DNA of 64,000 nucleotides from Candidatus Omnitrophota bacterium (GTDB taxonomy: Bacteria; Omnitrophota; Gorgyraeia; Gygaellales; Profunditerraquicolaceae), in contig JBAZUE010000001.1 in the NCBI GenBank assembly GCA_041661605.1, positions 786-64,785 of the forward strand. Reading direction: 5' to 3'. The position numbers and the translations under genes were made by a program. Positions within the stretch are counted from its first letter, which is position 1. Every line of letters starts with the position of its first letter. Positions 16,612 through 26,122 of the stretch are shown here, piece by piece. A model generated the notes under the pieces. It had not been told where the DNA came from, did no database searches, and saw nothing but the letters and a program-made list of their open reading frames with translations.

Positions 16612-18078
16612 ATGCAGGAGATAAATTTAAAACCATTAGAAATAAAGGACGTAGGCACGGTTAGAGAAATCAAGGGCGGGGTAATTAAAATAGGAGGGCT
16701 TGCTTCCTGCGTAAACGGCCAGTTAATCGAACTTGCCCCCGATTTAATGGGGATGGTAATAGGTTTTACCAAGAGGGATGTCTTGGTCCTGGTCCTTGGC
16801 GATGAAAATAAGGTGCATATCGGCGATACTGTTTATGGTGAAGAAGGGGTTTTTGAAATCCCCGTGGGTAGTAATTTCCTGGGCCGGGTAGTAAATACTT
16901 TTGGCCAGCCATTAGACGGTAAAGGAAAGATCGAAGGGGTTGATTCCTATCCGATTTTTAGAAACGCTCCCGGCGTCCTGGACAGGACTCCTATCGTGGA
17001 GTCATTCCTTACCGGTACCAAGATAATCGATACCTGTATCCCCTTGGGTAAAGGCCAAAGGGAGCTTATCCTTGGGGACAGGGTTACCGGAAAGACCACC
17101 CTGGTTATTGACGCAATTATAAATCAAAAAGATAAAGATGTGATCTGTATATATTGCTGGATAGGAGGAAGCCAGTCGGCGTTTTTGAAGATTATGGAAC
17201 AGCTGAGATTAAGCGGCGCAATGGATTGGACTATTGTTGTCGCAGCCTCGGCGTCTGCTTCTCCGGCAGAGCAATATCTTGTTCCCTATGCCGCTTGCGC
17301 CTTAGGCGAATATTTCATGGATCATGGCCGGGATGTTTTCTGCGCTTTTGATAACCTGAGCAGGCATGCCTGGATTTACCGTGAAATCTCCCTGCTTTTA
17401 GAGAGAAGCCCGGGAAGAGAGGCTTATCCCGGGGATATATTTTATATCCATTCCCAGTTAATGGAAAGGGCAGGCAAGCTAAACGAAGAAAAGGGCTCAG
17501 GCTCAATGACATTTTTGCCTATAGTAGAAACTCAGGAAGGGGATATTACCGGTCTTGTCCAGTCAAACCTTGTTTCAATAACCGACGGGCAAATTTATAT
17601 GAGTGCTTCTCTTTTTAATGAAGGTTTCCGGCCGGCTATTGATTTAGGGCTTTCTGTTTCGCGAATCGGAAGCAAGGTTCAGTGTGAAGCGATAAAAAAA
17701 GTCAGCCGGTCATTAAAGAGAGAGTTTGCCCAGTATAAGGAGCTGGCCGCCCTTACAACAATCAGGACAAAACTTTCCGCTGATATAGAGCTGCGTTTAA
17801 AAAGAGGCCAGGCATTAAAAGATTTCCTTATCCAGGATAAAACAAAGCCTCTTTGCGTAGAGGAGATGATCGTGCTTTTCTATGCTTTCAATAAAGAGCT
17901 GCCTGAGGTTTTGGAAGATGCGCAGAGAGCAAATTTTAAGCAGCATATATACGATTATCTGCTCAAGAACCATCCGGAATTGATCGAGGAGCTTACGATC
18001 CAGAAATTCCTGACCGGAGGGGTAGAAAGAGGCCTGGATAAGGCATTTGAGGAGTTTTTTGCAGGTTCCGGCAGTTAA
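16612..18078 (+). CDS. atpA: F1 ATPase alpha subunit (divergent)
   Basis: It carries Walker A GDRVTGKT, plus PGREAYPGDIFYIHSQLMERA, ITDGQIYM and RPAIDLGLSVSRIG. The start codon follows immediately after the upstream stop. Confidence 0.85.
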   Translation: MQEINLKPLEIKDVGTVREIKGGVIKIGGLASCVNGQLIELAPDLMGMVIGFTKRDVLVLVLGDENKVHIGDTVYGEEGVFEIPVGSNFLGRVVNTFGQPLDGKGKIEGVDSYPIFRNAPGVLDRTPIVESFLTGTKIIDTCIPLGKGQRELILGDRVTGKTTLVIDAIINQKDKDVICIYCWIGGSQSAFLKIMEQLRLSGAMDWTIVVAASASASPAEQYLVPYAACALGEYFMDHGRDVFCAFDNLSRHAWIYREISLLLERSPGREAYPGDIFYIHSQLMERAGKLNEEKGSGSMTFLPIVETQEGDITGLVQSNLVSITDGQIYMSASLFNEGFRPAIDLGLSVSRIGSKVQCEAIKKVSRSLKREFAQYKELAALTTIRTKLSADIELRLKRGQALKDFLIQDKTKPLCVEEMIVLFYAFNKELPEVLEDAQRANFKQHIYDYLLKNHPELIEELTIQKFLTGGVERGLDKAFEEFFAGSGS

Positions 18079-18093
18079 ATCTTAAGGTGTAAA

Positions 18094-18990
18094 ATGATAC
18101 CGCTGACGATATTACGCAAAGATTTAGCGTTTAATAAAGTAATGGAAAATATAATCGAAGTTTTAAAGGGGGTAGCCGCCACCGAATATTTCCATCTCCA
18201 GACAAAAAGAAAAAGTTTTGATGAGTTTGAGGGCCGTCTCAGGGATTTGTTCGCTCAGGTAGATATCCATGATTTCCAGCATCCTTTCTTAGGGGCTGAG
18301 GCCTCTTCAAATAATATCGTGATGATAACCTCGGATACCGGTTTCCTGGGTGAGCTTAATATGTCGGTAATAAATTATGGCTTGAGCCAGCATAGAGAGG
18401 CTGATCTGCTTACGGTAGTCGGCAAGGAAGGGGTCAGGTATATAGGAGAGCATGGCATCAAGTACGATAGTTTCGCCGGTATTGATGACGATATATCTTA
18501 TGGGCCGGTGGTAAAATTAAGAGACCACATAATAAAGCAGTTTTTTGATAAGAAATTAAGCAATACAGTGATTATCTATCCGCATTTTATTTCTTTTTCC
18601 GTACAGAAGATTGAACAGTTCCAGCTGTTTCCCTGCCGGTTTTTATTCCCGCAGGCGCAGAAATCCGCCGGGCCGGGGGAGAGCCAGACCGGTTTTTGGC
18701 AGGTCGATCCGGAAGAGAAAATAATCCTGGACTCACCCCTAAAGACAATTGTGGAATACCTGGTTAAAGTCTGGATCGGCCAGTTGATCCACCTCATCTT
18801 TTGGGAGAGTAAGCTTTCTGAATGGGCAGCGCGGGTAATGCATTTAGAAAGAAGTACCACCGAAATCAGGGACCAGCAGAAAAAGATGAGATTGCAATAT
18901 TTCCGGACTTTGCACGAAAGAAGCGATAAGAGTACCAGGGAGATTTTTGTCAGCAGGATGGCTTTGATAAAAAGCGGGGCCATATTATAA
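18094..18990 (+). CDS. atpG: F1 ATPase gamma subunit (divergent)
   Basis: It lies between alpha and beta. It has an N-terminal helix, the central [12 protein letters not shown] motif, and a C-terminal helix ([34 protein letters not shown]) that follows the gamma pattern. Confidence 0.7.
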   Translation: MIPLTILRKDLAFNKVMENIIEVLKGVAATEYFHLQTKRKSFDEFEGRLRDLFAQVDIHDFQHPFLGAEASSNNIVMITSDTGFLGELNMSVINYGLSQHREADLLTVVGKEGVRYIGEHGIKYDSFAGIDDDISYGPVVKLRDHIIKQFFDKKLSNTVIIYPHFISFSVQKIEQFQLFPCRFLFPQAQKSAGPGESQTGFWQVDPEEKIILDSPLKTIVEYLVKVWIGQLIHLIFWESKLSEWAARVMHLERSTTEIRDQQKKMRLQYFRTLHERSDKSTREIFVSRMALIKSGAIL

Positions 18991-19015
18991 GCTTGAAAGC
19001 AAGAGGGGGATTTTA

Positions 19016-20425
19016 ATGCAGGAAGGCAGGGTTGTTTCAGTCCAGGGGCCGATTGTAGATATAGAGTTTCCTCCTGAATCGTCTTTTCCGGCTGTATATG
19101 ACATTATTGAGACAGAGACATTTGACGGCTCAAGGATAGTGCTTGAGGTGGTCGAATATTTAAGCAAGGCCGAAAACGATAAGACCAATACTATGAGATG
19201 CATTTCCTTGACTCCTAATTTTGGTCTGCGCAGGAATGCCAAGGCTTTTGCTACCGGTGCAACCATAAGCGTCCCCGTCGGAGATGTAACCTGTTCCCGG
19301 ATATTGAATGTGTTAGGCGAACCGGTGGATAAAAAAGGGGCGATTAAGGTTGGTCCGGAATTTATCAGGCCTACCCATAAAAAGCATCAAATAGCCACGG
19401 TTGATACCGGTGACGGCAAGGAGAAAAAATTTGAAGTAATGCAGACAGGCATTAAAATGTTTGATTTGTTGTTTCCTTTAATCAAGGGCTCAAGGAACGG
19501 TATCTTAGGAGGGGCGGCTTGCGGCAAGAGCGTAATTATCCTTGAGCTAATGCATAATATTATTAAGATGCAGAAAGGTTATTGCGTTTTTACCGGCGCA
19601 GGGGAGCGGACCAGGGAAGGTAATGAGTTATATTATGAACTGGAGAAACAGGGGATCCTGAACAGGTCGGCCCTGGTGTTTGGCCAGATGAATGAATCCC
19701 CCGGGGCAAGGTTTGAAGTAGTGCATACCGGCCTGACCCTGGCTGAGAATTTTGCCGAGAAAGGCGAAGACGTCTTGTTGTTTGTGGATAATGTTTACAG
19801 ATTTGCCCAGGCAGGAAGCGAGTTGTCTACTCTTTTAGGCAGGATTCCTTCTGAAACAGGCTATCAGCCTACTCTGCCGACAGAGATGGCTGAGTTCCAG
19901 GAGAGGATCCGCTCAAGCGGCCAGGCTTCAATTACCGCGATGGAAGCGGTCTATGTGCCTTCTGACGATTTGACTGACCCGGCAGTTGTCTGTATATTCA
20001 GCTATTTGGATTCTATAGTCATTCTCTCCCGTAGGTATGTGCAACTGGGCCTTTTTCCTGCGATTGACGCTTTAACTTCTTCCTGTTCTTTTCTTGACCC
20101 GGTGATCATTGGGAAAAGGCATTTTAAGACTGCCCAGGATGTCTTAAGGACCCTTAATAGGTATGAAGAGCTCAGGCGTATCGTCGCTATCGTAGGCGTC
20201 GAGGAACTTTCCGGAGGAGACAGAATTATATTTGAAAGGGCGCAAAAACTGCAGAATTTTCTTACCCAGCCGTTTTTTACTGCTGAAGCTTATACAGGTA
20301 AAAAAGGGGAGTATGTATCTTTAGAGGCAACTTTAGAGGGCTGCGACAGGATAGTCGCAGGCGAGGTAGATAAAATAGCCGCGGAGAGATTTTATATGAT
20401 AGGGTCCTTACCTATGGAGTTATAA
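19016..20425 (+). CDS. atpD: F1 ATPase beta subunit (divergent P-loop GGAACGKS)
   Basis: Motifs present are [48 protein letters not shown] and [11 protein letters not shown]. The DELSEED-equivalent reads EELSGGD. Confidence 0.85.
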   Translation: MQEGRVVSVQGPIVDIEFPPESSFPAVYDIIETETFDGSRIVLEVVEYLSKAENDKTNTMRCISLTPNFGLRRNAKAFATGATISVPVGDVTCSRILNVLGEPVDKKGAIKVGPEFIRPTHKKHQIATVDTGDGKEKKFEVMQTGIKMFDLLFPLIKGSRNGILGGAACGKSVIILELMHNIIKMQKGYCVFTGAGERTREGNELYYELEKQGILNRSALVFGQMNESPGARFEVVHTGLTLAENFAEKGEDVLLFVDNVYRFAQAGSELSTLLGRIPSETGYQPTLPTEMAEFQERIRSSGQASITAMEAVYVPSDDLTDPAVVCIFSYLDSIVILSRRYVQLGLFPAIDALTSSCSFLDPVIIGKRHFKTAQDVLRTLNRYEELRRIVAIVGVEELSGGDRIIFERAQKLQNFLTQPFFTAEAYTGKKGEYVSLEATLEGCDRIVAGEVDKIAAERFYMIGSLPMEL

Positions 20426-20456
20426 GGCAAGATTATAAACAGGGAGATTAAAAGAA

Positions 20457-22181
20457 ATGATAATTAAAATAGGCCAGATGTTGATTAACAAAAAATTAAT
20501 TACCTCTGAACAACTAGAGTCGGCCCTGCAGGAACAGGGAAAAACGGGCGAGCTTTTGGGGTTAATCCTGGTTAAAAAAGGTTTTTTAACCGAGGAGGAT
20601 TTCTTAAAAGTACTTTCCGAGCAATTTAATGTTCCTTTCATAAAATTAAAAGAAACCACTATTGATCCTTCAGCGATAAAAAAGGTTCCTGCCAAATTCG
20701 CCTGGTATTATAAAGTTATGCCGGTTAAGTTCGTGGATAATAAATTAGTTATCGCATCTAGCGACCCCCTGCGATCGCTGGATGATTTAAGAATATTTTT
20801 AGGTTATGACTTAAAGCCCGCTTTGGCTTCGGAAGCTGAAATAATGGAAACGATTAAAGAGCATTACGGAGTAGGCGCTGAGACTGTGGAAGGCATTATT
20901 GCCAAGGCTCCAAAAGAAACCCGGGAGCAGGAAGCGCCAAAAGAAACAGGCAAGATTGAGGATATAGAAAAATTAGCCGAAGATGCCTCGGTAGTCAAGC
21001 TGGTAAATCAGATAATCCTGGAGGCTTACCAGAAGAGGGCTACCGACATCCATATTGAACCCTTCCGGGGGAAAATGAATATAAGGTACCGCATTGACGG
21101 GGTGCTTTATAACGCCAATGTCCCGGCGGATATCGAACGTTTCTTCCTGGCGATTATTTCACGCATAAAGATAATGTCCAGGTTAAATATTGTGGAGCGC
21201 CGTCTTCCTCAGGACGGACGTACTGTAATAAAGATAGGGCAGGAGGAATTGGACCTTAGAATTTCCATTATCCCGACTCGTTATGGCGAGGGCATGGTTA
21301 TAAGGATCCTTCCCATGAGCATGCTTTTTAGCTTAGAGAGATTGGGCCTGGTCCCTGAGGATTTAGAAATACTGGCAAGGTTAATCAAGAAACCTCACGG
21401 CATAATCCTGGTTACCGGGCCGACCGGCAGCGGCAAGAGCACTACTTTGTATGGATGCTTGAATGATATTAAAAGCAGCAAGAATAAGATTATTACCATT
21501 GAGGACCCTATAGAATATGAACTGGAAGGTATAATCCAGATCCAGGTTTTACCGGAGATAGGCTTTACCTTTGCCCAGGGATTAAGAAGCATATTGAGGC
21601 ATGACCCGGATATCATGATGGTGGGGGAGATCAGGGACTTTGAGACCGCGGAGCTGGCAATCAGGAGCGCCTTAACCGGGCATTTGGTTTTTTCCACCTT
21701 GCACACAAATGACGCTGCCGGGGCCGTGGCCAGGCTGCTTAATATCGGCATTGAACCATACTTGGTAGCTTCTTCCGTAGAGGCATTTATTGCCCAAAGG
21801 CTGGTGCGTTTAATCTGCCCGGAATGTAAAGAAATAGATACAGCAGTGCCGGATAATATCAGGACAATAATAAGCCAGGATGTTGCCAAGAGCAACATAG
21901 GGTTAAAACACTTAAGGGCCGCGGAGATTAAATTTTATAAGGGCAGGGGTTGTAAGGATTGCAACTTTACCGGTTATAAAGGAAGGACAGCAATCCATGA
22001 GATATTGGTAGTGGACAAAGCGATAAGAGAGCTGATGTTAAAGAAGGCATCAACCGATGAATTGAGGGATAAGGCGGTCAGCCAGGGGATGAAGACATTG
22101 CGTTTATGCGGATGGAAAAAGGTTATCGACGGACTGACTACTCCCGAAGAGATACTAAGAGTAACCCAGGCGGAGGAGTAG
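20457..22181 (+). CDS. gspE: Type II secretion / type IV pilus assembly ATPase (GspE/PilB/MshE family)
   Basis: It has an N-terminal T2SSE_N-type domain, Walker A GPTGSGKST, His box TGHLVFSTLHTND and a tetracysteine motif (CPEC...CKDC). Confidence 0.9.
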   Translation: MIIKIGQMLINKKLITSEQLESALQEQGKTGELLGLILVKKGFLTEEDFLKVLSEQFNVPFIKLKETTIDPSAIKKVPAKFAWYYKVMPVKFVDNKLVIASSDPLRSLDDLRIFLGYDLKPALASEAEIMETIKEHYGVGAETVEGIIAKAPKETREQEAPKETGKIEDIEKLAEDASVVKLVNQIILEAYQKRATDIHIEPFRGKMNIRYRIDGVLYNANVPADIERFFLAIISRIKIMSRLNIVERRLPQDGRTVIKIGQEELDLRISIIPTRYGEGMVIRILPMSMLFSLERLGLVPEDLEILARLIKKPHGIILVTGPTGSGKSTTLYGCLNDIKSSKNKIITIEDPIEYELEGIIQIQVLPEIGFTFAQGLRSILRHDPDIMMVGEIRDFETAELAIRSALTGHLVFSTLHTNDAAGAVARLLNIGIEPYLVASSVEAFIAQRLVRLICPECKEIDTAVPDNIRTIISQDVAKSNIGLKHLRAAEIKFYKGRGCKDCNFTGYKGRTAIHEILVVDKAIRELMLKKASTDELRDKAVSQGMKTLRLCGWKKVIDGLTTPEEILRVTQAEE

Positions 22182-22188
22182 GAAGGGA

Positions 22189-22428
22189 ATGTTCAAAGTA
22201 TCGGTGCTGGATATAAAGACAGCTTCAACTATATTCCAGGAATTGGCCTCTTCAGTTGTACTGCCGGGAGATGAAGGGGAACTTTCTATACTGGATTTTC
22301 ATCAGCCGGTTATCTCCTGTCTTAAAGACGGCATAATCAGAATAGACAGCAAGCCTCCTATGGTTATTAAGAACGGTATCGCCAGTATGCAGGATAATGA
22401 ATTAATAGTGTTGGTGGAGAAGAAATAA
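22189..22428 (+). CDS. atpC: F1 ATPase epsilon subunit, N-terminal beta-sandwich domain only (79 aa)
   Basis: FKVSVLDIKTASTIFQELASSVVLPGDEGELSILDFHQPVISCLKDGIIRI...IKNGIASMQDNELIVLVE aligns by eye with the epsilon NTD (GELGIL.GH.P pattern). No C-terminal helical hairpin is present. Confidence 0.75.
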   Translation: MFKVSVLDIKTASTIFQELASSVVLPGDEGELSILDFHQPVISCLKDGIIRIDSKPPMVIKNGIASMQDNELIVLVEKK

Positions 22429-22429
22429 T

Positions 22430-23683
22430 ATGCCGATATTCATTTATAAAGCAAAGAACGGCCCGCAAGAGGTTATTGAAGGGACTGTTGAGGCAGTGAC
22501 TAAGGAAGCAGCTGTTAGTAAGATAGAGCAGATGGGCTATGTCCCTATCCGGATTAATCTTAAAGAAGAGTCTCGCACCGCTGCTGCCGGAAAACCTCCG
22601 GAAAATAAAAATTCCGCTGTCGGGGCCGGGAATTTAGGGTTGTTTAACAGGGTTGGTTCATATGATTTAAATGTATTTACTGAACAGCTGGCTACTTTAG
22701 TTAAGTCCAAAGTGCCGCTTTTTGAAGCCATAAATATCCTTTCTTCGCAGACGGAAAATCCCAAGCTTAAGCTGATAATAACTTCTATATCCGGTGAATT
22801 AAAAGACGGTAAGACTCTGTCGGAGGCCTTAAGCAAATATCCCCAGGTCTTTCCTTTGCTATACGTTAATATGGTCCGCTCAGGAGAATCAGGCGGGGTT
22901 TTAGACGAGACCTTAACCAGGCTGGCTAAATTCCGTGAAGAACAGGAAGAGGTAAGAGCGAATATAAGCTCAGCCCTGGCCTATCCGATCTTTATAACAA
23001 TAGTAGGCTTGATTACGGTTATCATTCTGCTTACTTTTGGTATCCCGCGTTTGGTTTCTATGTTCAGCGAAACCAAACAGGCCCTGCCGCTGCCTACCAG
23101 GATTTTGATTTCAATAAGCAGCGGGATCAGGAACTACTGGTATTTGGGCGTAATGTTTATAGCCATGCTTATTTTTATGTTAAAACAAAAGCAGGCAAAT
23201 AGGAAGAAAAAGGTCATCTTTGATAAAATCATATTAAGGTTACCCATTTTGGGTAAATTTAACAAAAAAGCTATGTTGGCAGAATTTACCCGGACCTTTG
23301 CCCTGCTTTTGGCTAATGGCGTACCGGTACTTGAGGCGCTTCAGATAACTGTACCGACAATAAATAATGAAATATTCAAATCGGAGCTGGAAAAGGTGCA
23401 TAGTGATATTATCGTAGGCACCCCGCTTTCGCAGAGCATGAAAAAGTCCAGCTGGTTCCCGCCATTCCTGACCAATATGATCGCGGTAGGAGAAAGAGGG
23501 GGTAATCTGCAGGAGGTATTATTGGAGGTGGCAGTTTTTTACGAACGCGAAGTAAGAAAGATAAATAAAATAATGACTTCCTTGCTTGAACCGGCGATAA
23601 TCTTAGTCATGGGTTTAATTGTAGGTTTTATTGTCATGGCGATGCTTCTGCCTATTTTTGAGATCAATATGGCGGTAAGATAA
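22430..23683 (+). CDS. gspF: Type II secretion / type IV pilus platform protein (GspF/PilC family)
   Basis: This 417-aa protein has a duplicated T2SSF-type domain and three TM segments. It begins 1 nt after the epsilon stop. Confidence 0.9.
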   Translation: MPIFIYKAKNGPQEVIEGTVEAVTKEAAVSKIEQMGYVPIRINLKEESRTAAAGKPPENKNSAVGAGNLGLFNRVGSYDLNVFTEQLATLVKSKVPLFEAINILSSQTENPKLKLIITSISGELKDGKTLSEALSKYPQVFPLLYVNMVRSGESGGVLDETLTRLAKFREEQEEVRANISSALAYPIFITIVGLITVIILLTFGIPRLVSMFSETKQALPLPTRILISISSGIRNYWYLGVMFIAMLIFMLKQKQANRKKKVIFDKIILRLPILGKFNKKAMLAEFTRTFALLLANGVPVLEALQITVPTINNEIFKSELEKVHSDIIVGTPLSQSMKKSSWFPPFLTNMIAVGERGGNLQEVLLEVAVFYEREVRKINKIMTSLLEPAIILVMGLIVGFIVMAMLLPIFEINMAVR

Positions 23684-23699
23684 TTAAGGGGGAATTTAG

Positions 23700-24116
23700 A
23701 TGAAGGCAAAAAGAGCATTTACGCTCATAGAATTGATGCTGGTGGTCATAATTATCGGAGTTTTGGGGGCAATGGTGTTGCCAAGGCTGGCTGGCCGTTC
23801 CGAGCAGGCAAAATCAGCGGTGGCCAAGACAGATATCAACGCCAATATAGCAACTGCCCTGGATCTTTATGAACTGGATAATGGCCGCTATCCTACTACG
23901 GAACAGGGGCTGGCCGCCCTCGGGACAAAACCGGGGGATCTTTCCGAAGGTTCAAATTGGAACGGACCTTATCTTAAAAAAGAGCCCAAAGACCCATGGG
24001 GCAAGGACTATCAATATAAATATCCCGGAACGCATGAAGGCGTAGACTATGATTTGTATTCTTTGGGAGCAGACGGTATAGAGAGCGATGATGACATCGG
24101 AAACTGGAAAAAATAA
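23700..24116 (+). CDS. gspG: Major pseudopilin GspG
   Basis: It has the prepilin leader with FTLIELMLVV, and the GspG-type body AKTDI...ALDLYELDNGRYPTTEQGL...GPYLKK.PKDPWGKDYQYKYPG...YDLYSLGADG. Confidence 0.9.
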   Translation: MKAKRAFTLIELMLVVIIIGVLGAMVLPRLAGRSEQAKSAVAKTDINANIATALDLYELDNGRYPTTEQGLAALGTKPGDLSEGSNWNGPYLKKEPKDPWGKDYQYKYPGTHEGVDYDLYSLGADGIESDDDIGNWKK

Positions 24117-24486
24117 AGGTTTTACATTAATTGAGATAATGATCAGCATAGCCATCCTGTCGTTAGGCCTGATCCTGATTCTTCAGGGGCTCACTCAGTG
24201 TCTTAACATCCTGCGTATTTCCCAGAACAACCTGGAAACAAGTTTATTGGCCGAGGAAAAGATGGCGGAGATGGAGATAGCCGTTAAGCAGGATAAGGAG
24301 ATGTTTTCTAAAGATACAAGCGGAGAATCGCAATCCGGCAATATAGAATTCAACTGGCATGTACGCTTGAACCCTGATATGCAATATGAAGATTTGTATG
24401 AGGTCCTGACTACGGTTAACTGGACAGAAGGAAGAAGAAAGGGCTCCAGTATTTTTAACAGCTATCTAATGATTCCGCATGGTTAG
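24088..24486 (+). CDS. Minor pseudopilin (GspH/GspI-like)
   Basis: It has the prepilin-type N-terminus KGFTLIEIMISIAILSLG, is 132 aa long, and sits directly after gspG. Confidence 0.7.
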   Translation: MMTSETGKNKGFTLIEIMISIAILSLGLILILQGLTQCLNILRISQNNLETSLLAEEKMAEMEIAVKQDKEMFSKDTSGESQSGNIEFNWHVRLNPDMQYEDLYEVLTTVNWTEGRRKGSSIFNSYLMIPHG

Positions 24487-25093
24487 AAGAAATAAGGAAA
24501 ATTTCATTGCGGGCTTTACCCTGATTGAACTTATTATCAGCGGAGCGCTTATTTTCCTGGTTTCCATAACCGTTTATTCTGTCTTTGCCAGCGGGATCAG
24601 CGTTTGGAAGAGGGCTAATCAAGCCAGGAGCGCCGGTTACGGATTAAGGCTGCTTGCGGATAAGTTGAGCGTTGAATTGAGGAACGCTTTCAGGTTTTCC
24701 AGTATTCCGTTTGAGGGCAAGCAAGATTCTATTGCCTTTGCCGGGCTTATCGATAACCAGGTGGGCAGGATCAGTTATTTTCTTAATGAAGAAGATACCT
24801 TTTGCCGAAGGTTACAGAGCTATCCGGATGTTTTTAAGAAGGGGGAGTCCGGTAAATATGAATTATTGCTTCCCGGGGTTTCGAAGTTAAAGTTTAGCTA
24901 CTGTTATCTTGATAATGCAACCGGAGATTATAAGTGGAAGGATGAATGGGTAAAAGAAGAGCAGGACACTATCCCCCGGGCTGTAAAAATAGAGTTAACT
25001 TATAAAAGAAAACCTGAAGAAGAATCAAAATTTATCAAAACGATATTTATCCCTATCGGGACAGGCGAACAAAAGATAGAGCTTGTACAATAA
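24479..25093 (+). CDS. Minor pseudopilin (GspJ-like)
   Basis: It has the prepilin-type N-terminus AGFTLIELIISGALIFL and is 204 aa long. Its position matches gspJ. Confidence 0.65.
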   Translation: MVRRNKENFIAGFTLIELIISGALIFLVSITVYSVFASGISVWKRANQARSAGYGLRLLADKLSVELRNAFRFSSIPFEGKQDSIAFAGLIDNQVGRISYFLNEEDTFCRRLQSYPDVFKKGESGKYELLLPGVSKLKFSYCYLDNATGDYKWKDEWVKEEQDTIPRAVKIELTYKRKPEEESKFIKTIFIPIGTGEQKIELVQ

Positions 25094-25102
25094 AGGGCTT
25101 TT

Positions 25103-26122
25103 ATGACAAAAGAGGGCAATTGCCCGCGGGCGAGCATACTGATTATTACCCTCTGGGTGTTAGGTTTCCTGACCATCCTTGTGGTCAACCTGGGTTTTAT
25201 GGTCAGAACGCAATTACAATTTGCCGACCATCTGCAGGACAGGCTGAAGATGTATTATCTGGCCAGGGCAGGCATAGAAAGGGCGGTTGTTGAATTATAT
25301 AAAGATGAGAATAAGAGCTATGATTCTTTCAACGAGCCTTGGGCCAACAAGGAAGAGTTTTTTAAAGATTTTGCCTTTGGAGGAGGTTTTATCACACTTA
25401 AGTATCAAACCGGAAGCCTCGCCGCTCAAGAAAATATAACATTATACGGGGCAATGGATGAAAGCAGTAAAATAGATATAAATAGCCTGCCTCTGGATAT
25501 ATTAACAATTTTGCTGGAGCGTATCGGGCAAATAGAAACAGAAGAAGCAATAGATATAGCCAGGGCAATCGTGGATTGGAGGGATATAGATATTGCCGTT
25601 TTACCCGGCGGAGCGGAAGATGAATATTACCAGGGTTTGTCCTCTCCTTATAAGTGTAAAAATGGCAAATTTCAAATACTGGAGGAGTTATTGCTGGTTA
25701 AAGGTATGACCCCTGAGATATTCTCCAGGATAAAGGGGATAATCACTGTTTATGGCACAGAAAAGGTAAATATCAATACCGCAAGTTTTGATTGTCTATA
25801 CGCTTTGGGTTTAAGCAGCAGCCTGTGCGAGCGGATAATTAAATTCCGCCAGGGCAGCGATGAGATATGCGGCACCGGGGATGATTTCATTTTTAAATCC
25901 CCCAGTGATCTGATGAGCGTAGGTTCCTTATTTACCGATGAAGCCACGCAGATAAATACTTTGATTTCCAGGAATATGCTTACGGTAAGATCGGATATTT
26001 TCAGGATTAATTCCCTGGGGATTCTTAGGAATGAAAAAGGCGACCGCTCAAGAGAAATTATTTGTGTATTAAAGCGCCAGGAAGAAAAGGCGCCGAAAAT
26101 ATTATATTGGCATGAAAATTAA
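25103..26122 (+). CDS. gspK: Minor pseudopilin GspK-like
   Basis: It has the N-terminal hydrophobic segment RASILIITLWVLGFLTILV without the conserved Glu. It is 339 aa, with helix-hairpin-helix-like INTAS...L segments typical of GspK. Confidence 0.7.
   Translation: MTKEGNCPRASILIITLWVLGFLTILVVNLGFMVRTQLQFADHLQDRLKMYYLARAGIERAVVELYKDENKSYDSFNEPWANKEEFFKDFAFGGGFITLKYQTGSLAAQENITLYGAMDESSKIDINSLPLDILTILLERIGQIETEEAIDIARAIVDWRDIDIAVLPGGAEDEYYQGLSSPYKCKNGKFQILEELLLVKGMTPEIFSRIKGIITVYGTEKVNINTASFDCLYALGLSSSLCERIIKFRQGSDEICGTGDDFIFKSPSDLMSVGSLFTDEATQINTLISRNMLTVRSDIFRINSLGILRNEKGDRSREIICVLKRQEEKAPKILYWHEN

Noticed and set aside
15619-20425. N-type (Na+-translocating N-ATPase) operon as the explanation for the divergent atp genes
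   Set aside because: The N-ATPase order is beta-epsilon-Q-R-a-c-b-alpha-gamma, with atpQ/atpR present and no delta. Here the order is the standard F-type c-b(delta)-alpha-gamma-beta, there are no Q/R-like genes, and helix 2 of the c subunit has E followed by A rather than the ES/ET Na+-site pattern.
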